Assembly: GCA_963817915.1 (NCBI GenBank)
Contig: CAWFQL010000011.1
Span: forward strand, 32,001-96,000
From: an uncultured candidate division Zixibacteria bacterium
Lineage (GTDB): Bacteria; Zixibacteria; MSB-5A5; UBA10806
Direction: 5' to 3'
Length of the DNA: 64,000 nucleotides
The position numbers and the translations under genes were made by a program. Under the pieces are notes generated by a model. That model was given only the letters and a program-made list of their open reading frames with translations, had not been told where the DNA came from and did not search any database. The first letter of the stretch is position 1. Each line of letters opens with the position of its first letter. Shown here piece by piece: positions 42,615-52,083 of this stretch.

Positions 42615-42921
42615 ATAACCGATGGAATTAACCGGATTATTGAGGAAATACCGAAGCTCCGCCAGAAAATGGAAGGCAGAGAAATAATGATACCTGATAA
42701 AGATATCATTTTCCTGCTGGCTCGAAGCAAGTATGTCTCCAATATCAGTAAAATTAATTCCGCCTTGAAGTCTCCTAGATTATCCGATGGATTTCGAATT
42801 TCTGAATTGTCCTAAATCCAGCAGTAATTTCCCCACAGTGCATCCCCCCCTCAACCCCGCGCCCAACCCGCCGATAATCCCATCAGCCCCCAAAATGGGG
42901 CATTTTATTTGCTTATTTTCC

Positions 42922-42949
42922 TTGACATCCAATAATTTAACGCTAAATT
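42922..42949 (+). promoter_or_regulatory. sigma70 promoter of rplM-rpsI
   Basis: TTGACA-N16-TAAATT upstream of rplM. Confidence 0.55.
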
Positions 42950-42994
42950 AGTCATTTTGTAGAATTTAGGTAGGACGGCTAAATTGGAGCCCAA

Positions 42995-43429
42995 ATGGAC
43001 ACGAAAACATTAGTACCGAAGCAAGACAGACTCAAACAAAAATGGTATCTCATCGATGCCGAAGGCAAGATCCTCGGACGACTGGCGACCCGTGTCGCTA
43101 CCATCATCAGAGGCAAGGATAACCCCCTCTTCACGCCGCATCTGGATATGGGAGCCTATGTCGTTGTAGTCAATGCCGGCAAAGTGGCGCTTAGCGGCAA
43201 GAAAAACGAAAACAAAGAATATATCTGGTACACCGGCTACCCGGGCGGATTGAGACGAACCACAGTCTCCAAAATGCTCGATAAGCACCCGGAACGGGTC
43301 ATCCAGAACGCGGTCAAGGGAATGCTTCCGCACAACAGGCTGGGACGTCGGCTCAATCTGAAGCTATTCGTCTACGCCGGCAAGGATCATCCCCATGCCT
43401 CGCAAAAACCGGAGAAGATAGAAATCTAA
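42995..43429 (+). CDS. rplM: 50S ribosomal protein L13
   Basis: [28 protein letters not shown]. Confidence 0.98.
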   Translation: MDTKTLVPKQDRLKQKWYLIDAEGKILGRLATRVATIIRGKDNPLFTPHLDMGAYVVVVNAGKVALSGKKNENKEYIWYTGYPGGLRRTTVSKMLDKHPERVIQNAVKGMLPHNRLGRRLNLKLFVYAGKDHPHASQKPEKIEI

Positions 43430-43450
43430 TTTAATCGTTTTGGAGGAATT

Positions 43451-43844
43451 TTGTCCGAAGCAGTAATCCAAGCAACCGGAAGAAGAAAAGAATCGACCTG
43501 CCAGGTTAGAATGAAGCCCGGCACCGGTAAGACAACTGTCAATGGTAAAGACATGGCCGCGTATCTTTGCCGCGCCAATCTTTTCATGCATGCCATGCGC
43601 GCTATCGAAGTCGCTGAATTGCAGGGGAAGATGGATATCGAATGTAAAGCCAGCAGGCGGCGGATTAACCGGCCAGGCCGGGGCAATCAGCCTCGCCATT
43701 GCCCGCGCGCTCGATAAATTCAATTCCGAGCTACACACTCTTTTGAAGCGCAATGGTCTTTTGACCCGCGACTCGAGAATGGTCGAACGGAAAAAGTACG
43801 GCCAGGTCAAGGCTCGCAAACGCTTCCAGTTCTCGAAGAGATAA
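43451..43844 (+). CDS. rpsI: 30S ribosomal protein S9 (apparent frameshift near 43650)
   Basis: ATGRRKES N-terminus; GGG..GQAGAI...[26 protein letters not shown]-terminus in another frame. Confidence 0.96.
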
Positions 43845-43854
43845 TTTTTTAACG

Positions 43855-43957
43855 TCACACATCGGCGGACTTCGTATAGGGTCTCCGGCCGATCAGAGAA
43901 ATGATCGTCGTCAATGGAGCTATACCGAAGGTTGAACCCGATGGAGGAGAAACCAAC
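43855..43957 (+). promoter_or_regulatory. structured rpsB 5' leader (putative S2 autoregulatory RNA)
   Basis: CATCGG pairs with CCGATG next to the GGAGG RBS; inner CTTCG-TATAG / CTATA-CGAAG stem; located 5' of rpsB-tsf. Confidence 0.6.
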
Positions 43958-44734
43958 ATGTCAGAAGTAACCGTCAAGGATTTATTGGAATCTGGGGTAC
44001 ATTTCGGTCATCAGACCCGCAGATGGAACCCCAAAATGAAGAAATTCATCTTCACAGCCAAAAACGGCATCTATATCATCGACCTCAACAAGACTCTGTT
44101 GTCATTGAATAGAGCTTGCCAGAAGGTCTCAGATGTCATTGGCGATGGCGGCAAGATTCTTTTTGTCGGCACCAAAAAACAGGCCAAGGACATCATCAAG
44201 GTCAGTTCGGGTCGATGTGGTCAGTATTATATCACCGAACGTTGGCTGGGCGGAATGCTCACCAACTTCATGACTATCAAAAAGAATATCAAGCGGCTTA
44301 AAGAAATCGAAAAGATGAAAGAGACCGGCGTTTACGAGAAAATCACCAAAAAAGAAGTTAAAAATCTCGAAAAAGAACATGTCAGGCTGGATAAATTTCT
44401 TTCAGGTATCAGAGAGATGTACTCATTGCCGCAATTAGTATTTGTTGTCGATGCCAAGAAGGAACGTATCGCGGTCGCCGAGGCCAACAAGCTCAATATC
44501 CCGGTTATCGGTATTCTCGATACCAACAGCGACCCGGAACCGATCGATTATCCTATAGCGGCCAACGATGACGCCATAAAATCGATCTCAATTATTACCA
44601 AGGCAATTGCCGACGCGGCAGTCACAGCTCAAAATAAGGTCAGGGACGATGAGATGCAGGTAGCTTCTGCCGCCGCCGCCGCTGCCGCCGCAGCAGCCAC
44701 TGCCACAGATGCCGGTCACGAGGAGACTAAATAA
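43958..44734 (+). CDS. rpsB: 30S ribosomal protein S2
   Basis: GVHFGHQTRRWNPKM, RWLGGMLTNF, ANDDAIKS. Confidence 0.98.
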   Translation: MSEVTVKDLLESGVHFGHQTRRWNPKMKKFIFTAKNGIYIIDLNKTLLSLNRACQKVSDVIGDGGKILFVGTKKQAKDIIKVSSGRCGQYYITERWLGGMLTNFMTIKKNIKRLKEIEKMKETGVYEKITKKEVKNLEKEHVRLDKFLSGIREMYSLPQLVFVVDAKKERIAVAEANKLNIPVIGILDTNSDPEPIDYPIAANDDAIKSISIITKAIADAAVTAQNKVRDDEMQVASAAAAAAAAAATATDAGHEETK

Positions 44735-45327
44735 TGGAAATCAGCGCCAAGATAGTAAAAGAATTACGCGACATCACCGGCGCCGGTATGATGGATTGCA
44801 AAAAAGCATTGTCAGAGGCCGATGGTGAATTGGAAAGAGCCATCGCCATATTGCGTGAGCAGGGTCTGGCCAAGGCCGCCAAGAAAGCCTCCAGAGCCGC
44901 AAGCGAAGGTTTGATTTATTCGTATATTCATCCGGGCAGCAAGCTCGGTGTCTTGCTTGAAATCAACTGCGAAACCGATTTCGTAGCCCGCACCGATGAT
45001 TTTCAGGCGTTGGCCAAGGATGTTGCCATGCAAGTCGCGGCCGCGAATCCGCTGGTTGTCGAACGATCTCAGATCGATCCCAAGCTCATTGAATCAGAAC
45101 GGGAAATCTATAAGACCCAGGCTCTCAACGAAGGCAAACCCGAAAAGATATTGGATAAAATTGTCGAAGGCCGTCTCGAGAAATATTATCAGGAAGTGGT
45201 TCTTCTCGAACAGCCGTTCATAAAAGATCAAGACGTTACGATCAAAAACCTCGTCACCGATACTATTGGTAAAATCGGTGAGAATATTGTCATCAAAAGG
45301 TTCGCCCGGTATAGGCTGGGGGAATAA
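44734..45327 (+). CDS. tsf: elongation factor Ts (short form)
   Basis: TGAGMMDCKKAL and NCETDFVA. Confidence 0.98.
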   Translation: MEISAKIVKELRDITGAGMMDCKKALSEADGELERAIAILREQGLAKAAKKASRAASEGLIYSYIHPGSKLGVLLEINCETDFVARTDDFQALAKDVAMQVAAANPLVVERSQIDPKLIESEREIYKTQALNEGKPEKILDKIVEGRLEKYYQEVVLLEQPFIKDQDVTIKNLVTDTIGKIGENIVIKRFARYRLGE

Positions 45328-46089
45328 TTGAACGACGCGCCCTCTGATTCGTCAGCGAGCGGACGAAAAACGCCCGATAAAATCAGGTTCAAACGGATAC
45401 TTCTAAAGCTTTCCGGCGAAATCCTCATGGGGGACAAGTCGGGAGGAGCCTTAGACGGTACCACTATCGATAATATTGCGGCCCAGATTGTGGAAGTTGC
45501 CGATCTCGGAGTTGAGATCGGTATTGTAATCGGCGGCGGCAATATTTTCCGCGGTCTCGAAGCGGCCACCGGCGGCATGGAACGAGTCAGCGCCGACCAT
45601 ATGGGAATGCTCGCCACTGTGATAAACTCCCTGGCGCTTCAGGAATATCTCGAAAAACGCGGCAAATTCACCCGTGTCATGAGCGCAATTAGTATTACCG
45701 CTATTGCAGAGCCATATATACGCCGCAGGGCAGTACGCCATCTCGAAAAACGACGCATAGTTATTTTCGCCGCCGGTACCGGCAATCCGTACTTTACCAC
45801 AGATACCGCCGCGTCTCTGCGCGCCAGCGAGATTAATGCCGATGTAATCTTAAAAGGCACCAAGGTCGATGGCGTATACGATAGCGATCCGATTAAAAAT
45901 CACGGGGCGATAAAATTCGATAAGGTCGGCTATCTCGATGTCTTGAACAAAGGGTTGAAGGTGATGGATGCTACCGCGATTTCGCTTTGCATGGACAACA
46001 AAATTCCCATCATCGTCTTCAATCTTTATAAAAATGATAATTTGAAACGAATAATTCTTGGTGAAAAAATCGGAACCCTTGTCGCATAA
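45328..46089 (+). CDS. pyrH: UMP kinase
   Basis: [25 protein letters not shown]. Confidence 0.97.
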   Translation: MNDAPSDSSASGRKTPDKIRFKRILLKLSGEILMGDKSGGALDGTTIDNIAAQIVEVADLGVEIGIVIGGGNIFRGLEAATGGMERVSADHMGMLATVINSLALQEYLEKRGKFTRVMSAISITAIAEPYIRRRAVRHLEKRRIVIFAAGTGNPYFTTDTAASLRASEINADVILKGTKVDGVYDSDPIKNHGAIKFDKVGYLDVLNKGLKVMDATAISLCMDNKIPIIVFNLYKNDNLKRIILGEKIGTLVA

Positions 46090-46101
46090 AAAGAGGATTC
46101 T

Positions 46102-46659
46102 ATGTTAAAAGAGATTTATCGCGACACTGAAATTCGTATGGCCAAAGCTCTTGAAGCATTGGCAAGGGAATTATCCCTGATTCGTACTGGAAAGGCAACT
46201 ACAGCGTTGCTCGATGGTGTAAAGGTCGATTATTATGGAACGCCGACTCCGCTCAAACAGGTGGCATCGGTGACTGCCCCGGATCCAAAATTATTAGTTG
46301 TACAGCCCTGGGAGAAAAGCCTGATTCCCGAAATCGTCAGGGCTATTCAAAAGGCCGACCTGGGCTTGAATCCAATTACAGAGGCTACTATTGTCCGTCT
46401 CCCCATTCCGGCGCTGAATGAGGAACGACGCAAAGAAATGGCCAAGGCGGTAAAGAAATTCGGCGAGGATAGCAAGATCGCCGTCCGAAATATTCGCCGC
46501 GATGCTCTTGAACATCTCAAAAAAGCTGAAAAAGATTCCAAAATCACCGAAGACGAGATGCATTTGGGCCAGAAGCATCTTCAAGATACCACCGATCATC
46601 AAATCACTAAAATCGATCACATGGTAGAGGCCAAAGAAGCCGAAGTAATGGAAGTGTAA
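46102..46659 (+). CDS. frr: ribosome recycling factor
   Basis: IRTGKA, VDYYG, EERRKE, AVRNIRRD. Confidence 0.97.
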   Translation: MLKEIYRDTEIRMAKALEALARELSLIRTGKATTALLDGVKVDYYGTPTPLKQVASVTAPDPKLLVVQPWEKSLIPEIVRAIQKADLGLNPITEATIVRLPIPALNEERRKEMAKAVKKFGEDSKIAVRNIRRDALEHLKKAEKDSKITEDEMHLGQKHLQDTTDHQITKIDHMVEAKEAEVMEV

Positions 46660-46784
46660 ATTCCATTTTGTTGGAATTTCCGAATTAATGAAGGGACGTA
46701 TTGATATACGCCCCTTTTAATTTAGCTGAAAAAATCTATTCCAATATCTCCAATTATGTCTTATTAATTGATGTGGCTAAGGAT

Positions 46785-47532
46785 ATGGGCAAAAAAAATC
46801 TGAAAGATCAAGTAGTCGCCAAGGGCAATCTCCCTATCCATATCGCTATCATTATGGATGGCAATGGCCGCTGGGCCAAGAAACGAGGTCTGCCGCGCAC
46901 CGCGGGCCATCGCGCCGGTGTAAAAACAGTCAAAAAAATAGTCCGAATCGCTGGAGATATCGGATTAAAATATCTGACACTTTTCACCTTCTCGACTGAG
47001 AATTGGAAGCGGCCGCCCGGCGAAGTCTCTGCCATCATGAAACTACTTGGCGAGACGACCAAGAGAGAGTTGTCTGAATTGCTCGAAAATAATGTCAGAC
47101 TGATTACCACTGGTAATATCGAACAATTGCCATCTGAACGACGGGATATTCTGCTTGGATGCCATCAAACGAACCGCCAATAATTCGGGCCTTATCCTTA
47201 ATCTGGCTCTGAATTACTCCGGCAGAAATGAAATCATTTTAGCAGTAAAAAATATCGCGGCTGATGTTTCATCAGGCAAATTAAAACAGGACCAAATCGA
47301 CGAATCGATATTCGAATCATATCTCCAGACCAAGGGTATTCCCGATCCCGATCTATTGATAAGAACATCAGGGGAGATGCGAATTTCGAATTTTCTCCTC
47401 TGGCAGACATCCTATACTGAATTGTATGTTACTGATATCCTATGGCCTGATTTTTCAGAGAATGATTTCCTGACTGCCATACTTGATTATCAGGGTCGTG
47501 AACGACGATTCGGAAAGGTAACATCCAAATAG
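46785..47532 (+). CDS. uppS: undecaprenyl diphosphate synthase (apparent frameshift near 47150)
   Basis: HIAIIMDGNGRWA and FSTENWKR; PDLLIRTSGEMRISNFLLWQ in the second frame. Confidence 0.95.
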
Positions 47533-47533
47533 C

Positions 47534-48352
47534 ATGACATCAAATTTGGCCAAAAGGTTAGCAGTCTCAGCGGTCGGAATCCCCGCGCTGGTATTTATTT
47601 GCTATAAAGGCGGCTACTGGCTTTATGCGTTCGCGCTGCTGGTTTCAATATTGGGTAGCTGGGAATTATCTGCCATGCTGATGGCGAAAAATATCGAGAT
47701 CGGCAAACGACTAGCCACATTGCTGGCGATTGTAGTTGTTTCGATGTTCCAATTCACGGTCTTCAGGCAGGCCGGGCTTCTGGTGATATTCACGATCTTC
47801 GTCCTGGCGGCATTCCTGAAAATGATCGAATCGGGAATCGTCAATTATAATTCTCGCCTATCGCTTGCCATAATGGCGGCGATATATCCCGGTTTTTTTA
47901 TATCATTTGCGATCCTGATTCATAGGGATTATCAGGCCATCGGATGGGTGTTTCTGCTTTTTACATTCGTCAACACCTGGATTGCCGATACCTTCGCGTA
48001 TATGTTCGGACGATTGATCGGCAAAAAGAAACTTGCCCCAACTATATCGCCCAACAAAACCTGGGCCGGTTTTATATTCGCGTTCCCTGGCGGCGTCATA
48101 GCGTCATTTATGGCTTACCCGTTTGTCAAAGCCGAATGGAGAATCGAGCAATTGATTATTCTTTCGCTTATAGCCACATTATTTGGGCAGGTAGGCGATT
48201 TGATTGAATCTGCCATGAAACGGGACTGCGGCATCAAGGACTCATCGAATCTCATTCCCGGCCACGGCGGTATTCTAGATCGTTTTGATTCGCTACTATT
48301 CGCTCTTCCTGCAGTCTATTTCACATTGAAATTGCTCAGCAAAATCGATTGA
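47534..48352 (+). CDS. cdsA: phosphatidate cytidylyltransferase
   Basis: SPNKTW.G and KR..GIKDS..LIPGHGGILDRFDS. Confidence 0.96.
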   Translation: MTSNLAKRLAVSAVGIPALVFICYKGGYWLYAFALLVSILGSWELSAMLMAKNIEIGKRLATLLAIVVVSMFQFTVFRQAGLLVIFTIFVLAAFLKMIESGIVNYNSRLSLAIMAAIYPGFFISFAILIHRDYQAIGWVFLLFTFVNTWIADTFAYMFGRLIGKKKLAPTISPNKTWAGFIFAFPGGVIASFMAYPFVKAEWRIEQLIILSLIATLFGQVGDLIESAMKRDCGIKDSSNLIPGHGGILDRFDSLLFALPAVYFTLKLLSKID

Positions 48353-48363
48353 TATAATTTGTC

Positions 48364-49291
48364 ATGGATTCAAAACCATCCATAGATAAATTCAATATAT
48401 TCGACTACTTATTTTTTCTTCGTCCGATGCTGCATCCGCCGGTCTGGACTATCGTGATATTAGGCTATTATCGCTTTCAAGGCGGGGGAGGATCGCCGCA
48501 AAAATTACTTTATCTAATGCTATTGTCATCATGCGCGGCGGGGTTCGCTTATATAATTAATCAAATCGAAGATATTGAATCGGACAGAATCAATAATAAG
48601 CTTCATTTCCTTCCAATGGGATTAATCTCCGAAAATTCCGCCTTATATATTTGCAGGTTTTCTCGCGGGATTTGTTGTTGTGGCTTCATTTATGATGAGC
48701 GTGACTCTTGGAATAATGTTTTCAATCGGTTTGATTTTGGGAATTCTCTATTCGTCAAAACCATTCTATCGGCAAGAATCATTGGCTGTCGGGGATTCTG
48801 CTGAATGGCCTTGCGCATGGCACTATGACATTTCTATGCGGCTATGTTGGCGCGGGCGGCAATATTGTTAACGGGCTCATTAATTCGATTCCATATTTCT
48901 TTGCGGTTGTCGCTGTTTTTATCGGAACGACAATTCCTGATATTCCCGGCGACTCCAATTCAGGGAAAAGGACCATCGGCGTAATTCTTGGAATAAAGGG
49001 TGCGAATATCACTATGACTATCATGGTTCTGGCCGCAATTTTGTCGTCATGGCTTATCATGGACTTTGCAATTTAATCGCCTCTATTTCATGCCTTCCAT
49101 TTTATATTTACGCTCTATTTAAACCCAATGAGCGCAATTCATTACTGGCGATAAAATTATCGATCCTGTTTTTATCGATTGCCGCCTGTTATTATTTCTG
49201 GCCGTATATTCTGATTCTCTTGTTCCTGTTTGTAACCACGAGAATATACTATCGTTTCCGTTTTAACATGGTCTATCCGCGCCTGACTTGA
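48364..49291 (+). CDS. UbiA-family prenyltransferase (several apparent frameshifts)
   Basis: FLRP, NQIEDIESDRINNK and PDIPGD..SGKRT acidic motifs spread over ORFs 48364-48804, 48680-48871, 48825-49076 and 49049-49291. Confidence 0.8.
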
Positions 49292-49324
49292 TTCGTTTTC
49301 GTCCCGGTCGATATACAGTTCGGG

Positions 49325-49887
49325 ATGAAAACTCGACTCTTTTTAATAATAATAGTGGCTCTATTTTTCGGCGCCTGCTCGGCTCCGGTCAGATATTACA
49401 GCAATGTTAATCCCGGCCAGCCGTTGTCGAAAAAATCCGCCGAGATTCTTATATCCAACGCCAAAAATCATGTCGGCGAGCCGTACAAATATGGCGGCGA
49501 CAGCAAACATGGCTGGGATTGCTCGGGCTTTGTCAGAGAAATGTATGACGATGCTCTCGCCATCAAGCTGCCTCGCAATGCTTCCGCCATGTATTCCGAA
49601 AGTATCAGAATATCACCCTCAAGCTGCCTCGCAATGCTTCCGCCATGTATACTGAAAGCATTAGAATCTCACCTTCGAAATTCCGCCCTGGCGATCTGGT
49701 ATTTTTCCGAATCAATTCGCAAAAGCCGTCTCATGTCGGTATCTATCTCGGCAACCGCCGATTTATCCATGTGTCAACCAGCGATGGTGTTGTGATTTCA
49801 TCTCTCGATGAGCATTACTACCAACGGCATTTCATAGGTATCCGCCGCCCTCGCCTTCAATCCCTCGCGCAGACAGACGACAAATAA
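49325..49887 (+). CDS. NlpC/P60 (C40) lipoprotein peptidase, interrupted by a 56-bp duplication
   Basis: Lipobox FGAC; PYKYGG..G.DCSG; PGDLVFF..SHVGIY..FIH in the second frame. Confidence 0.9.
49563..49674. repeat. imperfect 56-bp direct duplication inside nlpC
   Basis: TCAAGCTGCCTCGCAATGCTTCCGCCATGTAT... at 49563 and 49619. Confidence 0.9.
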
Positions 49888-49892
49888 ATGAC

Positions 49893-50085
49893 CCGTGCGG
49901 TCGGGTCTCCGCACCCGACCGATATATGATATTCCGGTAGGGGTTTGATTCATCAAACCCTCAAAGGTCATCTACAAAAACAAATCAATGGTAGGGGCGA
50001 ACCTATGTGTTCGCCCGCTTCTTTCGGGCCGACGCGCGGGTCGGCCCCTACTCGCGGCGTCAGGAATCCCTTCCTGACGCTCTTA
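49893..50085. repeat. mosaic REP-like cluster
   Basis: GCGGTCGGGTCTCCGCACCCGACCG, GTAGGGGTTTGATTCATCAAACCC, GTAGGGGCGAAC..GTTCGCCC with GGGCCGAC..GTCGGCCCCTAC, GCGTCAGGAATCCCTTCCTGACGC. Confidence 0.85.
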
Positions 50086-50174
50086 CCGCCCGCCAAAATT
50101 TATGTATCTTTTTATCGGCATTATGTAAACCTTTTCAGTTGACTGCCGAAATTATCTATGTAATGCTTACGACT

Positions 50175-51086
50175 ATGGCAGATAAACTCGATGGCTATCT
50201 TGATTACCTGAGCCTCGAAAAAGGTTTGGCAAATCTCAGTCTGGAATCTTACAAGACCGATATCGCCAAGTTCAGCCGTTTTATCGAGAGCAAAGGTATC
50301 AAGCCCGAAAATCTCAGGCAATCCGATCTGACGGGATTTCTCGAATTTCTTCGTCAGGCCGGCATGGCTCCAAGCTCTATCGCGCGGCATCTCAGCTCGA
50401 TCAAGGGGTATTATCGTTTCTTGCGCAAGGAGGGAGCGACCGAAAAGAATCCTGCCGAATCGATCACTGGCCCCAAGCTCTATCGTCCGCATCCCGGCGC
50501 GCTTTCGGTTGACGAGGTCTTCAAAATATTGGAAGTCACCAAGCAGTCCCGTAAATCCGACAAGACCAAAAAGCATCTGGCGATCAGAGACCAGGCCTTG
50601 CTCGAATTTCTCTACGGCACCGGCGCCCGCGTCTCCGAGGCCTGCGATACCAAGCGCGATGATCTCTATGCCGAAATGAAGCTCGTCCGTCTCTACGGCA
50701 AGGGTCGCAAGGAACGAGTTGTCCCCATGGGCAATGCTGCCTGGGCCGCTGTCAAAGATTATCTCGAAATTGCGCGACCGAAACTGGCCGGTCCTCACAG
50801 CAGCGATCATCTCTTCCTGAATAACCGAGGCGGACGAATCTCTCGGATGGGAATCTGGAAAATTTTGAATAAATATGTCAGCGCCGCCGGGATCACCAAA
50901 AAGGTTTCGCCGCATACCATGAGACATAGCTTCGCGACTCATCTATTGGCAGGCGGGGCCGATTTATTCGCGGTGCAGGAATTGCTCGGTCATGCTGATA
51001 TCACGACGACCGAAATATATACTCATTTGGACAAGGATTTTCTGATAACCGAACATCAGGAATTTCATCCAAGGGAAAAATGGTAA
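50175..51086 (+). CDS. xerD: site-specific tyrosine recombinase XerD
   Basis: RD.ALLEFLYGTGARVSE, GKG.KER.VP, SPHTMRHSFATHLL.GGADL..VQELLGHADI.TT.IY. Confidence 0.93.
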   Translation: MADKLDGYLDYLSLEKGLANLSLESYKTDIAKFSRFIESKGIKPENLRQSDLTGFLEFLRQAGMAPSSIARHLSSIKGYYRFLRKEGATEKNPAESITGPKLYRPHPGALSVDEVFKILEVTKQSRKSDKTKKHLAIRDQALLEFLYGTGARVSEACDTKRDDLYAEMKLVRLYGKGRKERVVPMGNAAWAAVKDYLEIARPKLAGPHSSDHLFLNNRGGRISRMGIWKILNKYVSAAGITKKVSPHTMRHSFATHLLAGGADLFAVQELLGHADITTTEIYTHLDKDFLITEHQEFHPREKW

Positions 51087-52063
51087 AGATCGAAGAAAAG
51101 ATAATTACCGACGTTGTTCATAAGAACAAACTCGAGAAACTTCATTGCGGGCTTTGCCAGCATGATATCTCTATCGAGCATCTGCTGGTAAAATCTGCCT
51201 CGATCTATGATATTGTCATCCATTGGTTCGATACTATCGAACAGCTCTATGAACATAATCAAAGGTCATATATCGATTTTGCGGTGCTGGCGTCGGGCAA
51301 GGATATGAACTGGCTAACTCCGATGATTCACCAAATCAAGACTCATTCGTCCCTGCAATTTATCCCAATAATGGTCTATGCCCCGGAGGCCACGAAGTCC
51401 ACAGTTGTCGGAGCCTATAAGACCGGAGTTGATGATATCGTGGCCGGAAATTGGGACATGGAGATTATCGAGGCCAAAATCGAAATGCTGATATCCCGTT
51501 CCAAACGAGACCTGAGTGTCAACCCGACAACTAAGCTGCCCGGCCCGAATGCGATCGAATTCGAAATCGATAGAAGACTCAATAAAGGTCAAAAATTCGC
51601 GGTCTGCTATGCCGATCTCGATAATTTCAAAGCCTACAATGATTATCATGGCTATGTCTATGGCGACAAGATGATTTTGATAACATCGCATATTATAAGG
51701 AATGTCGTTCAGGATTTAACCAACGATGGATTCGTCGGCCATATCGGGGGCGATGATTTTATCTTCGTTGTTCCGCTGGATTCGGTCGATGCTGTCTGCC
51801 AGAACATAATTGCCACATTCGACCGCATGGCGCCGTATCGTTATTCCGAGGCCGACAGGGAAAAGGGCTGGATCGAGGTTGCCAACCGCAGAGGCGTCAT
51901 GGAACGATTTCCGATTGTGACTATTTCGATCGCTGTGATTATCAATCAAAAAAAGATGTTCAGCCATCCCGGCGAAATGAGCCACATGATGGCCGATCTG
52001 AAAAAATATACGAAGACATTGCCCGGCTCGAATTACCTCATCGAACGCCGCAAAAAATATTAA
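51080..52063 (+). CDS. degenerate-REC plus GGDEF-type diguanylate cyclase
   Basis: NPTTKLPG, DLDNFKAYND.HG...GD, GHIGGDDF. Confidence 0.88.
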   Translation: MVKIEEKIITDVVHKNKLEKLHCGLCQHDISIEHLLVKSASIYDIVIHWFDTIEQLYEHNQRSYIDFAVLASGKDMNWLTPMIHQIKTHSSLQFIPIMVYAPEATKSTVVGAYKTGVDDIVAGNWDMEIIEAKIEMLISRSKRDLSVNPTTKLPGPNAIEFEIDRRLNKGQKFAVCYADLDNFKAYNDYHGYVYGDKMILITSHIIRNVVQDLTNDGFVGHIGGDDFIFVVPLDSVDAVCQNIIATFDRMAPYRYSEADREKGWIEVANRRGVMERFPIVTISIAVIINQKKMFSHPGEMSHMMADLKKYTKTLPGSNYLIERRKKY

Positions 52064-52083
52064 TTTATAAATATTATAGCTCG

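Noticed and set aside
40532..42850. ATCCCCCCC at both island ends as att sites
   Set aside because: It is only a short homopolymer match, and no integrase or tRNA is adjacent.
30162..50942. Long antisense ORFs (e.g. 30162-30923 and 50121-50942)
   Set aside because: They are shadow frames of well-supported genes (pdp, xerD).
50175..51086. Prophage or integron integrase
   Set aside because: Length and motifs match housekeeping XerD, with no IntI insertion and no phage genes nearby.
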